Shown: positions 9,059 through 19,345 of the stretch, one piece after another
Position numbering within the stretch: position 1 is the first letter of the stretch
Layout: every line of letters begins with the position of its first letter
Source: Nitrososphaerales archaeon
Lineage (GTDB): Archaea > Thermoproteota > Nitrososphaeria > Nitrososphaerales > Nitrososphaeraceae
DNA length: 46,700 nt
Assembly: GCA_032155045.1 (NCBI GenBank)
Contig: JALDXL010000001.1
Coordinates: forward strand, 1-46,700
Direction: 5' to 3'
Program-made: the position numbers and the translations under genes
The notes under the pieces: model-generated
Told to the model about the DNA's origin: nothing
The model's database searches: none
The model's input: the letters and a program-made list of their open reading frames with translations, nothing else

Positions 9059-10141
9059 TGATTTATTTTGGACATAAAAGGTTTTTATATTTTTTTTTAG
9101 ATTCAGAAATTTATGTCTTCTATTAATCCCTTCTTTAAATCTTGTAGGAAAATCTTCTCTATTATTAAATGTTGAATTAATATGTTCGAAGATTATTTCA
9201 TTTGTATTTGAAAGGTTATCTTCATAAAGACAAGGAAACCATGGAATCAGGCCTTCCCTAATGCACAGCTTAAATGAAGATTCAATTAAATCAATAGGAT
9301 GAACTAATAAACTATATGGAAGAACAATATCCTTAAGCTTATTTAGATATAAACAAATGTCAATTATCATATAATATGATATATGATTATCTTTTCTATC
9401 TTTCGAATAAGATAATAAAAAATTTAATTGTAGTATTTGTATTTTAATTTTATTGCTATTTGTGTAATTTATAATATTATGAATTAAATATAATTTTGTT
9501 TTTAAATCTGGATAATCCCGGAATAAAATAAAGATATCAGGTATAAATCCATATAAGAGTATGTTTTTTAGACAATAAAGAGAATATTCATCATAGACAA
9601 TTATGAAAACCCTTTTTTTTAGATATCCAAAAACCATACCACCTATTCCATCAACTGTTTTAAAAGATATATAAGAATGAGATTTTACTATGTAGATCTT
9701 AATTAATTTACCTGCGTTATATTCGTTACTAGATGGAATAGACAATTTATTGGCTAGTTTTTCTATCAATAATCCAGTTGCTACAAATTCAAGATCTCTA
9801 GCTACTACATTTGGATTTTCTGAAAAGACTTTTATGTAAAAGTTTTCGTTAAAAACAATTTTCTGACCAACTTGAATTACCGTATCTAAAATAGATTTGT
9901 CTTTATTAGTAGTATAATATGCCAATTCAATTTTTTTAATTCCTAAACATGTAGAGAGAAGTCTTAACGCTTTGATAGTTGTTTTTGTATATAATGAAAA
10001 AAAATTTTTTTCAGTGATAATTTGAGAAATAAAAATACCATTTTTTTTCAGTAAACTGATTGTCGAAAGTTTTACCTCGTTAATTATAGTTGGAGAGGTG
10101 GGAAAAATTAATAAAGTAATTTTTTTGATATTTCTACTCAT
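9011..10141 (-). CDS. Degenerate ThiI-like THUMP-domain protein
   Basis: THUMP-like N-terminal half followed by G.GG..G linker; the expected SGGxDS PP-loop is replaced by VYDEYS. Confidence 0.6.
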   Translation of the reverse strand: MSRNIKKITLLIFPTSPTIINEVKLSTISLLKKNGIFISQIITEKNFFSLYTKTTIKALRLLSTCLGIKKIELAYYTTNKDKSILDTVIQVGQKIVFNENFYIKVFSENPNVVARDLEFVATGLLIEKLANKLSIPSSNEYNAGKLIKIYIVKSHSYISFKTVDGIGGMVFGYLKKRVFIIVYDEYSLYCLKNILLYGFIPDIFILFRDYPDLKTKLYLIHNIINYTNSNKIKIQILQLNFLLSYSKDRKDNHISYYMIIDICLYLNKLKDIVLPYSLLVHPIDLIESSFKLCIREGLIPWFPCLYEDNLSNTNEIIFEHINSTFNNREDFPTRFKEGINRRHKFLNLKKNIKTFYVQNKSLNIRPNYIDNILNSI

Positions 10142-10162
10142 TTGGAAATCTTTTAAATTACT

Positions 10163-11098
10163 CTAAAGAGTTTCCAAGAACTCTGTGATTTGTTTTTTAT
10201 CTTTTGCATTGGGAGTTTTTTCCAAATACGAGAGTAAATCTTGTTTTGCTTTATGTTTGTCATTCAACTCTAATCTTGAAAGCGCACGATTTTTAAACAG
10301 AGCTCCGTACCTATTTGGGTTGATATCTAATGCTTTTGAGTAATAATTATCTGCTTTATGGTAATCTTTTATTTTTAAATAAAAATTGCCTAGGCCTTTA
10401 TATGCTAAAAAATAGCTCCCATTTAGCTTTATTGATTCAGAAAAACAATTTATACATTCAGGATTATTAGTTTCGCTATAACAGCTTCCCAATAATGTCC
10501 AAGCAAATGCGTTATTTTTATCCAAAGCAATAGATCTCGTTATATTTCTGATTGCTGATTCAAAATTACCGTTTGAAAAATCTTTTTCTGCCTTAAAACA
10601 TAATTTATAGGTCTTTGTGGAATCTACATCAGACTTTGAAAAAAGAGATCCCATATCCTCAGGCACTATTATGATTATAATATTATCTTCTTGGATCCAT
10701 TCAGATATAAATTTGGATTCCGGTATCGAACCCTTAGTATCAGGTCGAGGTACATAACTTGTAATCCTTTTTTCGTTTTCATCATACCCAGTAATTAATA
10801 ATGCATGTTGGGTTAAATGATGTAAGCCTGGAAAAATAGCTATTGGAGGTATACCTTGATCTATTCGTTTCTTAATATCTTTTAGAGAGCTCTTGTAAAT
10901 ATAAGAGGAATAATGTTTTTTTTCAGAAAGTTCAATACCATCTATAATGTTTATAGAATTATTTGGAACGATATTTTTTTCAGAATTAATAATATTTTCT
11001 CCCCAATATTGCATAATGACTGCAATGGCAAGTGGTATAGGAGAATTGCCTTCTTCTATTAAAGGTAGATCTAAATCGTGTGAAAACCGATCTTGCAA
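10163..11098 (-). CDS. Peptidase C39-like domain plus TPR repeats
   Basis: PLAIAVIMQYWG, ID.GIPPI, HALLITGYD; C-terminal TPRs (AWTLLG, AYKGLG..Y). Confidence 0.85.
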   Translation of the reverse strand: MQDRFSHDLDLPLIEEGNSPIPLAIAVIMQYWGENIINSEKNIVPNNSINIIDGIELSEKKHYSSYIYKSSLKDIKKRIDQGIPPIAIFPGLHHLTQHALLITGYDENEKRITSYVPRPDTKGSIPESKFISEWIQEDNIIIIIVPEDMGSLFSKSDVDSTKTYKLCFKAEKDFSNGNFESAIRNITRSIALDKNNAFAWTLLGSCYSETNNPECINCFSESIKLNGSYFLAYKGLGNFYLKIKDYHKADNYYSKALDINPNRYGALFKNRALSRLELNDKHKAKQDLLSYLEKTPNAKDKKQITEFLETL

Positions 11099-11408
11099 CT
11101 ATTATAAGAGAATTTAAATCAAATAAAAACTATCCTAAAACAGATATTTGGAATCTCTTGAAACAATTTTCTACTATTTGTTCTATGAAAGAAACAAACT
11201 ATAATTACACAATGATTGTTATTTCATTTTTAGAATTTCGTAGTTATTCCTTTATTGAAATAAAGAAAAAAAATATTTGAAATTTTTTTTGCAATATCTC
11301 AGTAAAACCTACGTATTAAATCTATAATAGCTGATTAAATATATTTTACGTATTAGATTTTATTATTTTTATTTGATTTTAATAAAATTCCTACTATAAA
11401 AATAACAT

Positions 11409-11969
11409 CTAATTTAAGTGAGTTAAAAAATTATAGAGTAATAATCTTCCACTATTACCGCTCCTTTCTGGGTGAAATTGTAACCCAAAGATATTTTTTT
11501 TCTTATGTTTAAAAATTTCGTTCTTTGTTTCTACAGAACTCCCCAAAAGTTCTAACTCTGGTGATAATCTCCAAATAGTATACATATGACTTTGGTAAAC
11601 AGAGATAGAAGAATTTTTAGGTAACAAAATATTGTTTTTATTCAATGTAACTTTTACAAATCCATAGATAGCATTTTTCATTTTAACTAAAGTTCCACCA
11701 TAATACAAATTGATCATTTCTCCACCATAACAAATTCCTAATAAAGGGACATTAGAATTATCGCAGAAATGAATTATCTTATTGTTTTGAAAATTTGTAT
11801 CTTTGCTGAATTTTTTTCTACCTGATAATATAATAGAGTCATATGATGATAATTCAGTATATTGAATTTGTGAATATAATTTACATTCAAATTTGATGTC
11901 AAAATTCCTTACAATATTAATAAGATCAGATACAAATTGAGAATTGTTATTAACAATCAGTAATTTCAT
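11409..11969 (-). CDS. Class I glutamine amidotransferase (GMP synthase subunit A-like)
   Basis: PLLGICYG nucleophile elbow, SH, GLQFHPE. Confidence 0.9.
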   Translation of the reverse strand: MKLLIVNNNSQFVSDLINIVRNFDIKFECKLYSQIQYTELSSYDSIILSGRKKFSKDTNFQNNKIIHFCDNSNVPLLGICYGGEMINLYYGGTLVKMKNAIYGFVKVTLNKNNILLPKNSSISVYQSHMYTIWRLSPELELLGSSVETKNEIFKHKKKNIFGLQFHPERSGNSGRLLLYNFLTHLN

Positions 11970-12003
11970 GAAATATAGAAAAAAACATTTATTAATTTAT
12001 ATG

Positions 12004-13182
12004 TTAAGAGGCATAATTTGACACATTTGCAATTTTTTTGGATATTAGGTAGATTGCAAGTGATAATGGAACCGAAGTAATACCTTTCTCCAATGAATAT
12101 TTTTTTCCTTTAAAATTTAACGTCAAGGATGTCTTTATTGAAATCTCAACATATCTATCATCAGAGAATAAACTTGAATCTTTAAAAAGGTCGAATTTTT
12201 CCAAATTTTTACATATAATTTTTGAAAGACCACTTTTACTATTAAGAGATCCAACCATTCTAAAAATCCTATGAATATCTGTAGTTACTTGAGGGTCAAT
12301 TTTAACTCCCATTTCCAAAACAAATTTGTCAACTTCTTTCTTAAATGATTCAAATCCTCCAAATTTTTTTATTAATTTATTTAATTTGTCACTTGAAGCT
12401 TCCGAGAATTTTATCTTTTCGGCAATTCTTTTTCGCCATCCAAAAGAATAGCCACTCAAAGGAATCTTGATCCTATAACCATCTTTTAATGATTTGATGC
12501 CAAAGCTATCTAATGATAAATTTTTGCCCATCAAATAACCCACTATGTCAGATCTGCATTTTGAATTTAACAATGAATAATCCTCGTCAAAAACTATAAT
12601 ATGAAATCCAGTATTACCGGAAAATGATACTTCAAGATTTTCCTCTTTTATACCAAAATCTTTTCTTAAGAATTCTATTAAAATTTTTGTTTCCTTTTTG
12701 AGTTCTTTTATACATTTATTGCAAGGAATTATATTCTGAAAAATTTTAGTATCCTTACAATGAGGACATATCCTTGTATCATTTTTATTAATATCTTTAC
12801 AAACAGAACAAATATAAAAAGTATGTTCTTTATGACATGGCAATAATAAATCTTTGAGATCTATATCAAATATCAAGTCAGCGCTCTTCCAGCCTTTTTC
12901 AATAATAGGAAAAGTAGGAAATTGATAATAGGCATTGGAACAATAGACATCTGCAGGAACATTTTGTAGAATATAGGCTTTAAATTTGCCGATATCAGAA
13001 AATGACAAATGTCTAATTACCCTAGAATCAAAATTCACAATACCAAATTCTCTACTTTGAATTTCCTTTGGTGGTAAAAGCAATCCTATATTTTTAAAAT
13101 AATATTCTTTGTAAGTTCGATTTAAAAATTCAATATTTTTAACTTCAAACTTGTTATCCAATTTTAAACCTATATTTTCCAA
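12004..13182 (-). CDS. priS: DNA primase small (catalytic) subunit
   Basis: REFG, Y.S.AYY, LIFDID, FSG..GFH, ID..VT.D..RIFR..GSLN.KS. Confidence 0.96.
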   Translation of the reverse strand: MENIGLKLDNKFEVKNIEFLNRTYKEYYFKNIGLLLPPKEIQSREFGIVNFDSRVIRHLSFSDIGKFKAYILQNVPADVYCSNAYYQFPTFPIIEKGWKSADLIFDIDLKDLLLPCHKEHTFYICSVCKDINKNDTRICPHCKDTKIFQNIIPCNKCIKELKKETKILIEFLRKDFGIKEENLEVSFSGNTGFHIIVFDEDYSLLNSKCRSDIVGYLMGKNLSLDSFGIKSLKDGYRIKIPLSGYSFGWRKRIAEKIKFSEASSDKLNKLIKKFGGFESFKKEVDKFVLEMGVKIDPQVTTDIHRIFRMVGSLNSKSGLSKIICKNLEKFDLFKDSSLFSDDRYVEISIKTSLTLNFKGKKYSLEKGITSVPLSLAIYLISKKIANVSNYAS

Positions 13183-14176
13183 ATTGTAGTGGATTCGTTA
13201 TTCCTCTACAGGCAACAGTAGCAAAACAGAGATTTTCATTCGCAAGTTTGGAACATGTTGGCACAGAATATTTTGTATGACTCCCTTTTTTACCTGCTAA
13301 ATGTTCTACCTGGTATCTAGTTATTTTTTCATTATAATCAGGTGCATTTTGAAATAACAAAACTACTTCATCTATGGTTTTTCCAATAGCCAACATGTAT
13401 GTAGCTAGCATAAATCTTGCCGAATGTGGCAAGTTTTCATTGTTATTTAATAATTCTAGAGATTTTTTTATACATGGAGGTAGTTCCCTCTTCTGAATTG
13501 GAGTTTTAACCGATGGTGATAGTTTTTTTCTTATTGACTCTGAAGTCATTATTATTGAATTTGGTATCTGACTGATAGTCATGTCTTTAATTCTATTATA
13601 CAATAATTTTTGAATTTCAGATCTTATCAATCTAACTGTTTCATCTCCATCTAAGTATACATAACCTGTATTAACTGCTCGATTGATTAATTTCCATTCA
13701 ACTTCGTTAAAATCATTAGCTCTCTTTAAATAATCAGAAATTTTCATCTGAAATAAATTTGTCTTTTTTTGATCTAATTTTACATCCATATGAAAAAGCT
13801 CATTAAAAATTTTTGATATAAGTAAATTTTTTTTTGTTATATCTTTTTCTTTTAAAAGGTCTGATATTAAGAATCTTTCTACACGAATAGCTTCAAAAAG
13901 TGAGAATTTTTTTACGGCATAATCTAAACCTATATGTTTAATTATTATTATAGATAAAAGGAAAGTAAAAAGTTCAATATCATATTTTTCTAATTCGGTA
14001 TAAACTTTACCCTCTATCAATTCAAATTCTATTCTTTTTTTAGCCCGTTCTATGATATGTGTAAATTCTGATCTACCAAAGTCATCCAAAGAGAAATGAG
14101 TTTCTCGAATATATTTTCCCGCTTCTTCCAAAAATGGATATTTAGCTAAATCGTCATTACCTAGAACTATACTCAA
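13154..14176 (-). CDS. priL: DNA primase large subunit
   Basis: AKYPFL, PPCI, H..RF.LA.Y, PDY....T.YQV.H, Y..P.C......LC Fe-S ligands; overlaps priS start. Confidence 0.96.
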   Translation of the reverse strand: MSIVLGNDDLAKYPFLEEAGKYIRETHFSLDDFGRSEFTHIIERAKKRIEFELIEGKVYTELEKYDIELFTFLLSIIIIKHIGLDYAVKKFSLFEAIRVERFLISDLLKEKDITKKNLLISKIFNELFHMDVKLDQKKTNLFQMKISDYLKRANDFNEVEWKLINRAVNTGYVYLDGDETVRLIRSEIQKLLYNRIKDMTISQIPNSIIMTSESIRKKLSPSVKTPIQKRELPPCIKKSLELLNNNENLPHSARFMLATYMLAIGKTIDEVVLLFQNAPDYNEKITRYQVEHLAGKKGSHTKYSVPTCSKLANENLCFATVACRGITNPLQFGKYRFKIG

Positions 14177-14753
14177 GATAGATATATCTAACCATTACCA
14201 AAATAAAACTACTTCGTAAAGATAATATTTAAATTTGAAATAGAAAAATATTAGAATATCACAAAATATATTGCTTAGTTTATACTTTTGGTGTAATTTA
14301 TTGATATAAAAATTTACTAGATATTTTCATTTCTTGATAAAATTTTTAATTTTTCGAAATATCAAAATTTCAAATACGAAATGACATCATTTTTCTAATA
14401 GTAATGGTTTTCGTCACCTAAATTATGGACCTTTCAATTAGAATCTAATATTGACGTAAATATCATAAGATTCTCCTCAAAATTGATATTTCCATATATT
14501 TATTATTAAGATTTTCTTATGGCCTATTTTTCCGTCTTTTTTGAATTAGCCTGTTTCAATCCTGAGAACAATGTGACAAATTTTTTTATAAGATCTTTTA
14601 TAGATTTTATTGTAAAGCTTTTATTATAACATATTCTTATGATAAAATTGAATTATTCTAGCAGATTATTTATAAGAATCCACTTAGAACCAGATAAGAA
14701 TCGATTAAATAACACTAATTTCATATTATTCTGCAAATCATTCTTTATTAGAA

Positions 14754-15626
14754 ATGCATAGAATAGGTTTTCATGTTTCAATATCAGGTTCGATAAGCAA
14801 CTCGATAAAAAATGCAGAAAATATAAAATGTACTGCATTTCAGATATTTACAAGAAATCCTCGTGGATGGGCAGCCAAGTCATTGGATAATAATGATGTA
14901 GAAGAATATAAACGAAAAATAAATTCTAGTTTTATAGATAAAAATGACGTAGTTGTTCATATGCCATATCTTCCTAATTTGGCAGCACCTGAGAATGATT
15001 TTTATTTTAAATCTAGAAATGTGCTCGCAGAAGAAATTATAAGGTGTTCAATGTTAGATATACCTTATATTATTATTCATCTCGGCAGCCATTTAGGCAC
15101 CGGAACATCCAATGGAATATCACAAATAGTTAATGCATGTAACTATGCAATTGATAAGTATAGTTCGTCTTATGAAAGACGTTTACCTGTTAACATATTA
15201 TTGGAAAATAGTGCGGGGCAAAAAAATAGTGTAGGGCAAAAATTTGAAGAAATTAATATCATATTAGAACAACTTGATAACAAAAAAATTGGAGTATGTT
15301 TGGATACCTGTCACGCATTCGCATCTGGATATGACTTGCGAACATCTGAGAATGTTATTCAAACTCTTGATATTTTTGATGATACGATTGGTATTAGTAA
15401 TCTTAAAGTTTTACATCTAAATGATTCAAAAGGTGATTTCAATCAAAATAAAGATAGACATGAACATATAGGATTAGGTTCAATAGGTAAAGTTGGATTT
15501 CAGGAAATTTTAAAAAACAAACATTTTAAAAATATTCCTATAATAATGGAGACACCAGTAGATAAAATTAGAGGAGACAAAGAGAATATGGAATATGTAT
15601 TACAATTGTTAGAAAGTAGTTACTAG
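14754..15626 (+). CDS. nfo: Endonuclease IV (AP endonuclease)
   Basis: GFHVSI.G, QIF..NPR.W, H.PY..NL, LEN.AG, CLDTCH.FASG, HLNDSK, DRHEHIG.G, METP. Confidence 0.96.
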   Translation: MHRIGFHVSISGSISNSIKNAENIKCTAFQIFTRNPRGWAAKSLDNNDVEEYKRKINSSFIDKNDVVVHMPYLPNLAAPENDFYFKSRNVLAEEIIRCSMLDIPYIIIHLGSHLGTGTSNGISQIVNACNYAIDKYSSSYERRLPVNILLENSAGQKNSVGQKFEEINIILEQLDNKKIGVCLDTCHAFASGYDLRTSENVIQTLDIFDDTIGISNLKVLHLNDSKGDFNQNKDRHEHIGLGSIGKVGFQEILKNKHFKNIPIIMETPVDKIRGDKENMEYVLQLLESSY

Positions 15627-15678
15627 CAAAAGAAAATCTCAAGGAAAATATAGAAGCTTATTATCAAGGAATATATTC

Positions 15679-17139
15679 ATGGTTAATTACGAACGAATTT
15701 TAAAACTTTCTTTAGAAAGGGGATTCTATTTTCCAAGTTCAGGTATTTATTCAGACTCGCCAGCAGGTTTTTGGGAATACGGTCCTAATGGTAATAAAAT
15801 TAAAAATAAATTCATCGATTTATGGCGTAGAGAGATGGTTAGAAGAGATGGAATGATAGAAATTGATGGATCACAAATTATGAGTAAAAATGTGTTCGTT
15901 GCATCAGGTCATATAGATAATTTTTCAGATCCAATTATAACCTGTAATAAATGTAGAACAACACTACGAGCAGATAAATATATTTCTGAAAAAACAGAAA
16001 TAAATATTCCTGAAAGATTAAGTAACGTAGAAATTGACCTTATAATAAGCCAACATAAACTACAATGTCCAAAATGTGGTTCAGATTTTAAAGAGACAGA
16101 GCGGTTTAATATGATGTTTAAATTAGGAATAGGGCCAAACAATGAGGAAGCTTATTTAAGACCAGAAACATGCCAAACGATATTTGTCGACTTTATCCGA
16201 ATATATAAAACCATGAGAGGCAAACTACCTTTTCCTATAGCGCAGGTAGGAAAAAGTTTTAGAAATGAAATAGCTCCCAGACAGAGCTTATTAAGATTGA
16301 GAGAATTTTACCAAGCAGAAATAGAAGTTTTTTGTAATCCAAATCATTTAGATGATATACCAAAATTTGATGATATTAAACATACAATCCTAACGATTGA
16401 CAATGGAGAAATTTTCCGGATTACTGCACAAGAGGCTGTAGAAAAAAAAATTGTCCCAAATAAACTGATTGGATATTATTTATCTTTATTATTTCAGTTT
16501 TATGAAAAAACAGGTCTAGATATGAATAATGCCAGGTTAAGAAAGCTTTCTAATGATGAAAAGGCTTTTTACGCAACAACTGCTTTTGATTTAGAATTAC
16601 AAACAAGTATAGGATGGTTAGAATTGGTGGCATGTAATTATAGATCTAATTATGATTTATCACAGCATTCAAAAATAAGTAAAGAAAAAATGGAAATTAT
16701 GGATCCCGTTACAAATGAAAAAGTTTTACCTCATGTGTTTGAACTCTCTCTAGGAATCGATAGAAGCATCTATTCAATATTAGAAACCTCTTTCGCGGAA
16801 GATAACGAAACCAACAGAACATATCTAAAATTAAAACCATATCTATCTCCAATTTTAGTTGGAATTCTTCCATTAGTTAAAAAACCAGAAATAGAGCAAT
16901 TGGCAAAGGAGATCTATAATAATTTAAAAAAAGATTTTGATATCTTCTATGACGATTCTGGTTCTATTGGAAGAAGATATAGAAGATTAGAAGAAATAGG
17001 AGCTCCTTTCGCGATTACAATTGACTATGATAGTTTGATCGATAATACTGTGACAATGAGATATAGAGATACAATGGAACAAAAACGGATAAAAACAAAT
17101 GATCTTAGGTGCTTTCTCTATGAAAATACGATGATTTAG
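15679..17139 (+). CDS. glyS: Glycyl-tRNA synthetase (alpha2 type)
   Basis: SGH...F.DP, FN.MF, LRPET.Q, AQ.GKSFRNEI.PR..L.R.REF.QAE, SIGRRYRR..EIG. Confidence 0.97.
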   Translation: MVNYERILKLSLERGFYFPSSGIYSDSPAGFWEYGPNGNKIKNKFIDLWRREMVRRDGMIEIDGSQIMSKNVFVASGHIDNFSDPIITCNKCRTTLRADKYISEKTEINIPERLSNVEIDLIISQHKLQCPKCGSDFKETERFNMMFKLGIGPNNEEAYLRPETCQTIFVDFIRIYKTMRGKLPFPIAQVGKSFRNEIAPRQSLLRLREFYQAEIEVFCNPNHLDDIPKFDDIKHTILTIDNGEIFRITAQEAVEKKIVPNKLIGYYLSLLFQFYEKTGLDMNNARLRKLSNDEKAFYATTAFDLELQTSIGWLELVACNYRSNYDLSQHSKISKEKMEIMDPVTNEKVLPHVFELSLGIDRSIYSILETSFAEDNETNRTYLKLKPYLSPILVGILPLVKKPEIEQLAKEIYNNLKKDFDIFYDDSGSIGRRYRRLEEIGAPFAITIDYDSLIDNTVTMRYRDTMEQKRIKTNDLRCFLYENTMI

Positions 17140-17146
17140 GTAATAA

Positions 17147-17545
17147 ATGAAATATAAAAATAAAATACACGAAAAATCAGAAAAGGAAATTATTCCCTCT
17201 GAGAAATGGTTGGTTGCTTTCAAGAAATATAAAAAAAATGACTCAAATCCTAAAATAATTATTCGGCAATTTTATGCTCAAGGATATTTTGAGGCATATG
17301 ATATTGTTCGTACTTTTGCGGAGAAATTAGGCTTGGAAATAATATGGTTTAAGGAAAAAAGAAAAGCTTCTGATATATTTCTAAATAAAACATTCACTTT
17401 ATTAGAATCGGTTTGTGTCTATTGTAATGGAATATTTAATACTAATGAACCTATCCCATGTCTACAACAAGATTGTATTCATATTTTTTGTTCTAAAAAA
17501 TGCATGAATAATCATTATAAGCTAAAACATGATAATAATAAATAA
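17147..17545 (+). CDS. Hypothetical protein with C-terminal Zn-finger-like motif
   Basis: CVYC...C....C...FCS..C...H....H. Confidence 0.75.
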   Translation: MKYKNKIHEKSEKEIIPSEKWLVAFKKYKKNDSNPKIIIRQFYAQGYFEAYDIVRTFAEKLGLEIIWFKEKRKASDIFLNKTFTLLESVCVYCNGIFNTNEPIPCLQQDCIHIFCSKKCMNNHYKLKHDNNK

Positions 17546-17573
17546 CAACCATATTCAGTTTTCTGGAAAAAAA

Positions 17574-18173
17574 TTACACTTTAATAAGTTCCGCATCGAA
17601 TAATTGTTCTAAAAGTTGAATCATTTCTTGTTCAATTTGTTGTCTGGGAATTCCTAATTTTTCTGAGAAGTGATCAGTAAGTTCATTAATGGTTTTAGTA
17701 CCATCACAAGATTCCCAAAATCTAACTATAGCATCATTAACCATGTAACTTTTCTCATCTTTATTCACCAATACCAATGAACCATCTTCTGATTTTTGAA
17801 AAGAACCAAGTTTTTTTGGTTGAGCCTTCTCATAATCAATCTTGAATCTTAACTTTGGTTTTCCAAAACCTAACATTTCTCTTGCTTTCGGATCCATTTT
17901 TTCAATGGACCATGGCGGATCCCAAATTATTTCAACATTAATATTTCCAATTCCATTAATTTTACCGACAGATTTCTTGACATCATTAACCATAGTATTA
18001 TGCAAAGGACATCCTCTTGTTGTCATTGTCATTTTTATGTCGACATCCCTTTCTTTTTTGATTTCCACGCCATAAATAAGTCCTAGATCCACTATGTTTA
18101 CTGGAATTTCTGGATCCATACATTTTTTTAATTGAAAATAAACTTGATCTTTAGTTATTAAATCATTTGACAT
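17574..18173 (-). CDS. DUF59 (SufT/PaaD/MIP18 Fe-S assembly) domain fused to PqqD-like domain
   Basis: DPEIPVNIVDLGLIY, T.T..GCP, WDPPW; C-terminal N......W..CDG..T..EL...........I.....QL....LI (PqqD pattern). Confidence 0.88.
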   Translation of the reverse strand: MSNDLITKDQVYFQLKKCMDPEIPVNIVDLGLIYGVEIKKERDVDIKMTMTTRGCPLHNTMVNDVKKSVGKINGIGNINVEIIWDPPWSIEKMDPKAREMLGFGKPKLRFKIDYEKAQPKKLGSFQKSEDGSLVLVNKDEKSYMVNDAIVRFWESCDGTKTINELTDHFSEKLGIPRQQIEQEMIQLLEQLFDAELIKV

Positions 18174-18240
18174 ATTATATCAATTTCTATGGAAAAAGAC
18201 GATAAAAATGTTATTATAAGATAATATTTTCACAAATTGT

Positions 18241-19284
18241 TTATTCCATTAATTTTTTTATTGTCTGTGAATATGGAGGAGATATTATTCCTTTTTCAGT
18301 TATTATTTTTGTAATTAATTCAGGTGGAGTCATATCGAACGCAGGATTAATAACATCAATATTTTCTGGAGCTACAACCCTTTTACCAATTTTAATTACT
18401 TCTTCCTTGGAGCGTTCTTCGATTACAATATCATCAGGACTATTTTTAAGGTCGAATGTAGAAGACGGAGCAGCAACATAGAACGGAATATTATGTGTTT
18501 TTGCTAAAATAGCCAATTGATAAGTACCAATTTTGTTAAATACATGACCTGAGTATAATATTCTATCAGCTCCTACAACGACATGCTTTACTATTCCTTT
18601 CGCCATGATAAAACCTACAGCAGTGTCAGGAATCAGACTTACATCAATATTATCATGCTGAAGTTCAAAAGCAGTCAGGCGAGATCCTTGCATTACAGGT
18701 CTTGTCTCAGTTGCAATAACGTTGATTTTTTTTCCCGACTCCTTAGCAGCTCTTATAACACCTAATGCGGTTCCATAAGCTACCGTAGCTAGTGATCCAG
18801 CATTACAATGAGTCATAACAGTATCTCCATCAGAAAATAAATTAGCTCCGTTTATACCCATAGATTTATTCGTAGTAATATCCTCTTCAGCCATCAAAAT
18901 TGCTTCTTTTAAAATTATTTGTTTCATTAAAGAAATATTCGTCATATTTTGTATTTTTTGCATAATTCTATTTAGCCCCCATTGAATGTTAACAGCAGTT
19001 GGACGAGTGGACAATATTATTTTATATGCATTATTTAATTCCTTCAAAAATTGTTTGAGGTCTTGAGTTGTACTATTAATTGCTGCCAAAGCTAATCCAA
19101 ATGCAGCCGTAACTCCAATTGCTGGAGCGCCTCTAACAACAAGTTTTTTTATTGCATTTGCCACATCTAAATGATTCTTACATTTTACATAAGTTAATTT
19201 TGTTGGTAATTTCGTTTGATCAATTAACAAAAGCGCATTATTTTTCCATTCAAGAGTAAGTAGCATATCAGAGATTTTATCCAA
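18241..19284 (-). CDS. mtnA: S-methyl-5-thioribose-1-phosphate isomerase
   Basis: IDQ..LP, VRGAPAIG, RPTAVN, THCNAGSLAT, ETRP..QG.RLTA.EL, NKIGTY, NPAFD.TP. Confidence 0.93.
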   Translation of the reverse strand: MDKISDMLLTLEWKNNALLLIDQTKLPTKLTYVKCKNHLDVANAIKKLVVRGAPAIGVTAAFGLALAAINSTTQDLKQFLKELNNAYKIILSTRPTAVNIQWGLNRIMQKIQNMTNISLMKQIILKEAILMAEEDITTNKSMGINGANLFSDGDTVMTHCNAGSLATVAYGTALGVIRAAKESGKKINVIATETRPVMQGSRLTAFELQHDNIDVSLIPDTAVGFIMAKGIVKHVVVGADRILYSGHVFNKIGTYQLAILAKTHNIPFYVAAPSSTFDLKNSPDDIVIEERSKEEVIKIGKRVVAPENIDVINPAFDMTPPELITKIITEKGIISPPYSQTIKKLME

Positions 19285-19345
19285 ATCTATTTAAACATAT
19301 AAATTTTAAAACAAATTATTGTTTAGAAATGATGATCATGTAATG

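Noticed and set aside
11080-11408. 66-aa ORF and AT-rich gap between the C39-TPR and GATase genes
   Set aside because: No motif; overlaps the promoter and start of the divergent gene; likely chance
14177-14753. 577-bp gap between priL and nfo, considered as gene relic, ncRNA or replication origin
   Set aside because: Could not find ORB-like repeats, complete C/D boxes, a stable stem or a recognisable protein remnant; no cdc6 nearby
19329-19335. Perfect C-box heptamer ATGATGA between mtnA and the sugar dehydrogenase
   Set aside because: No correctly spaced D/D' boxes or terminal stem; runs antisense into a CDS
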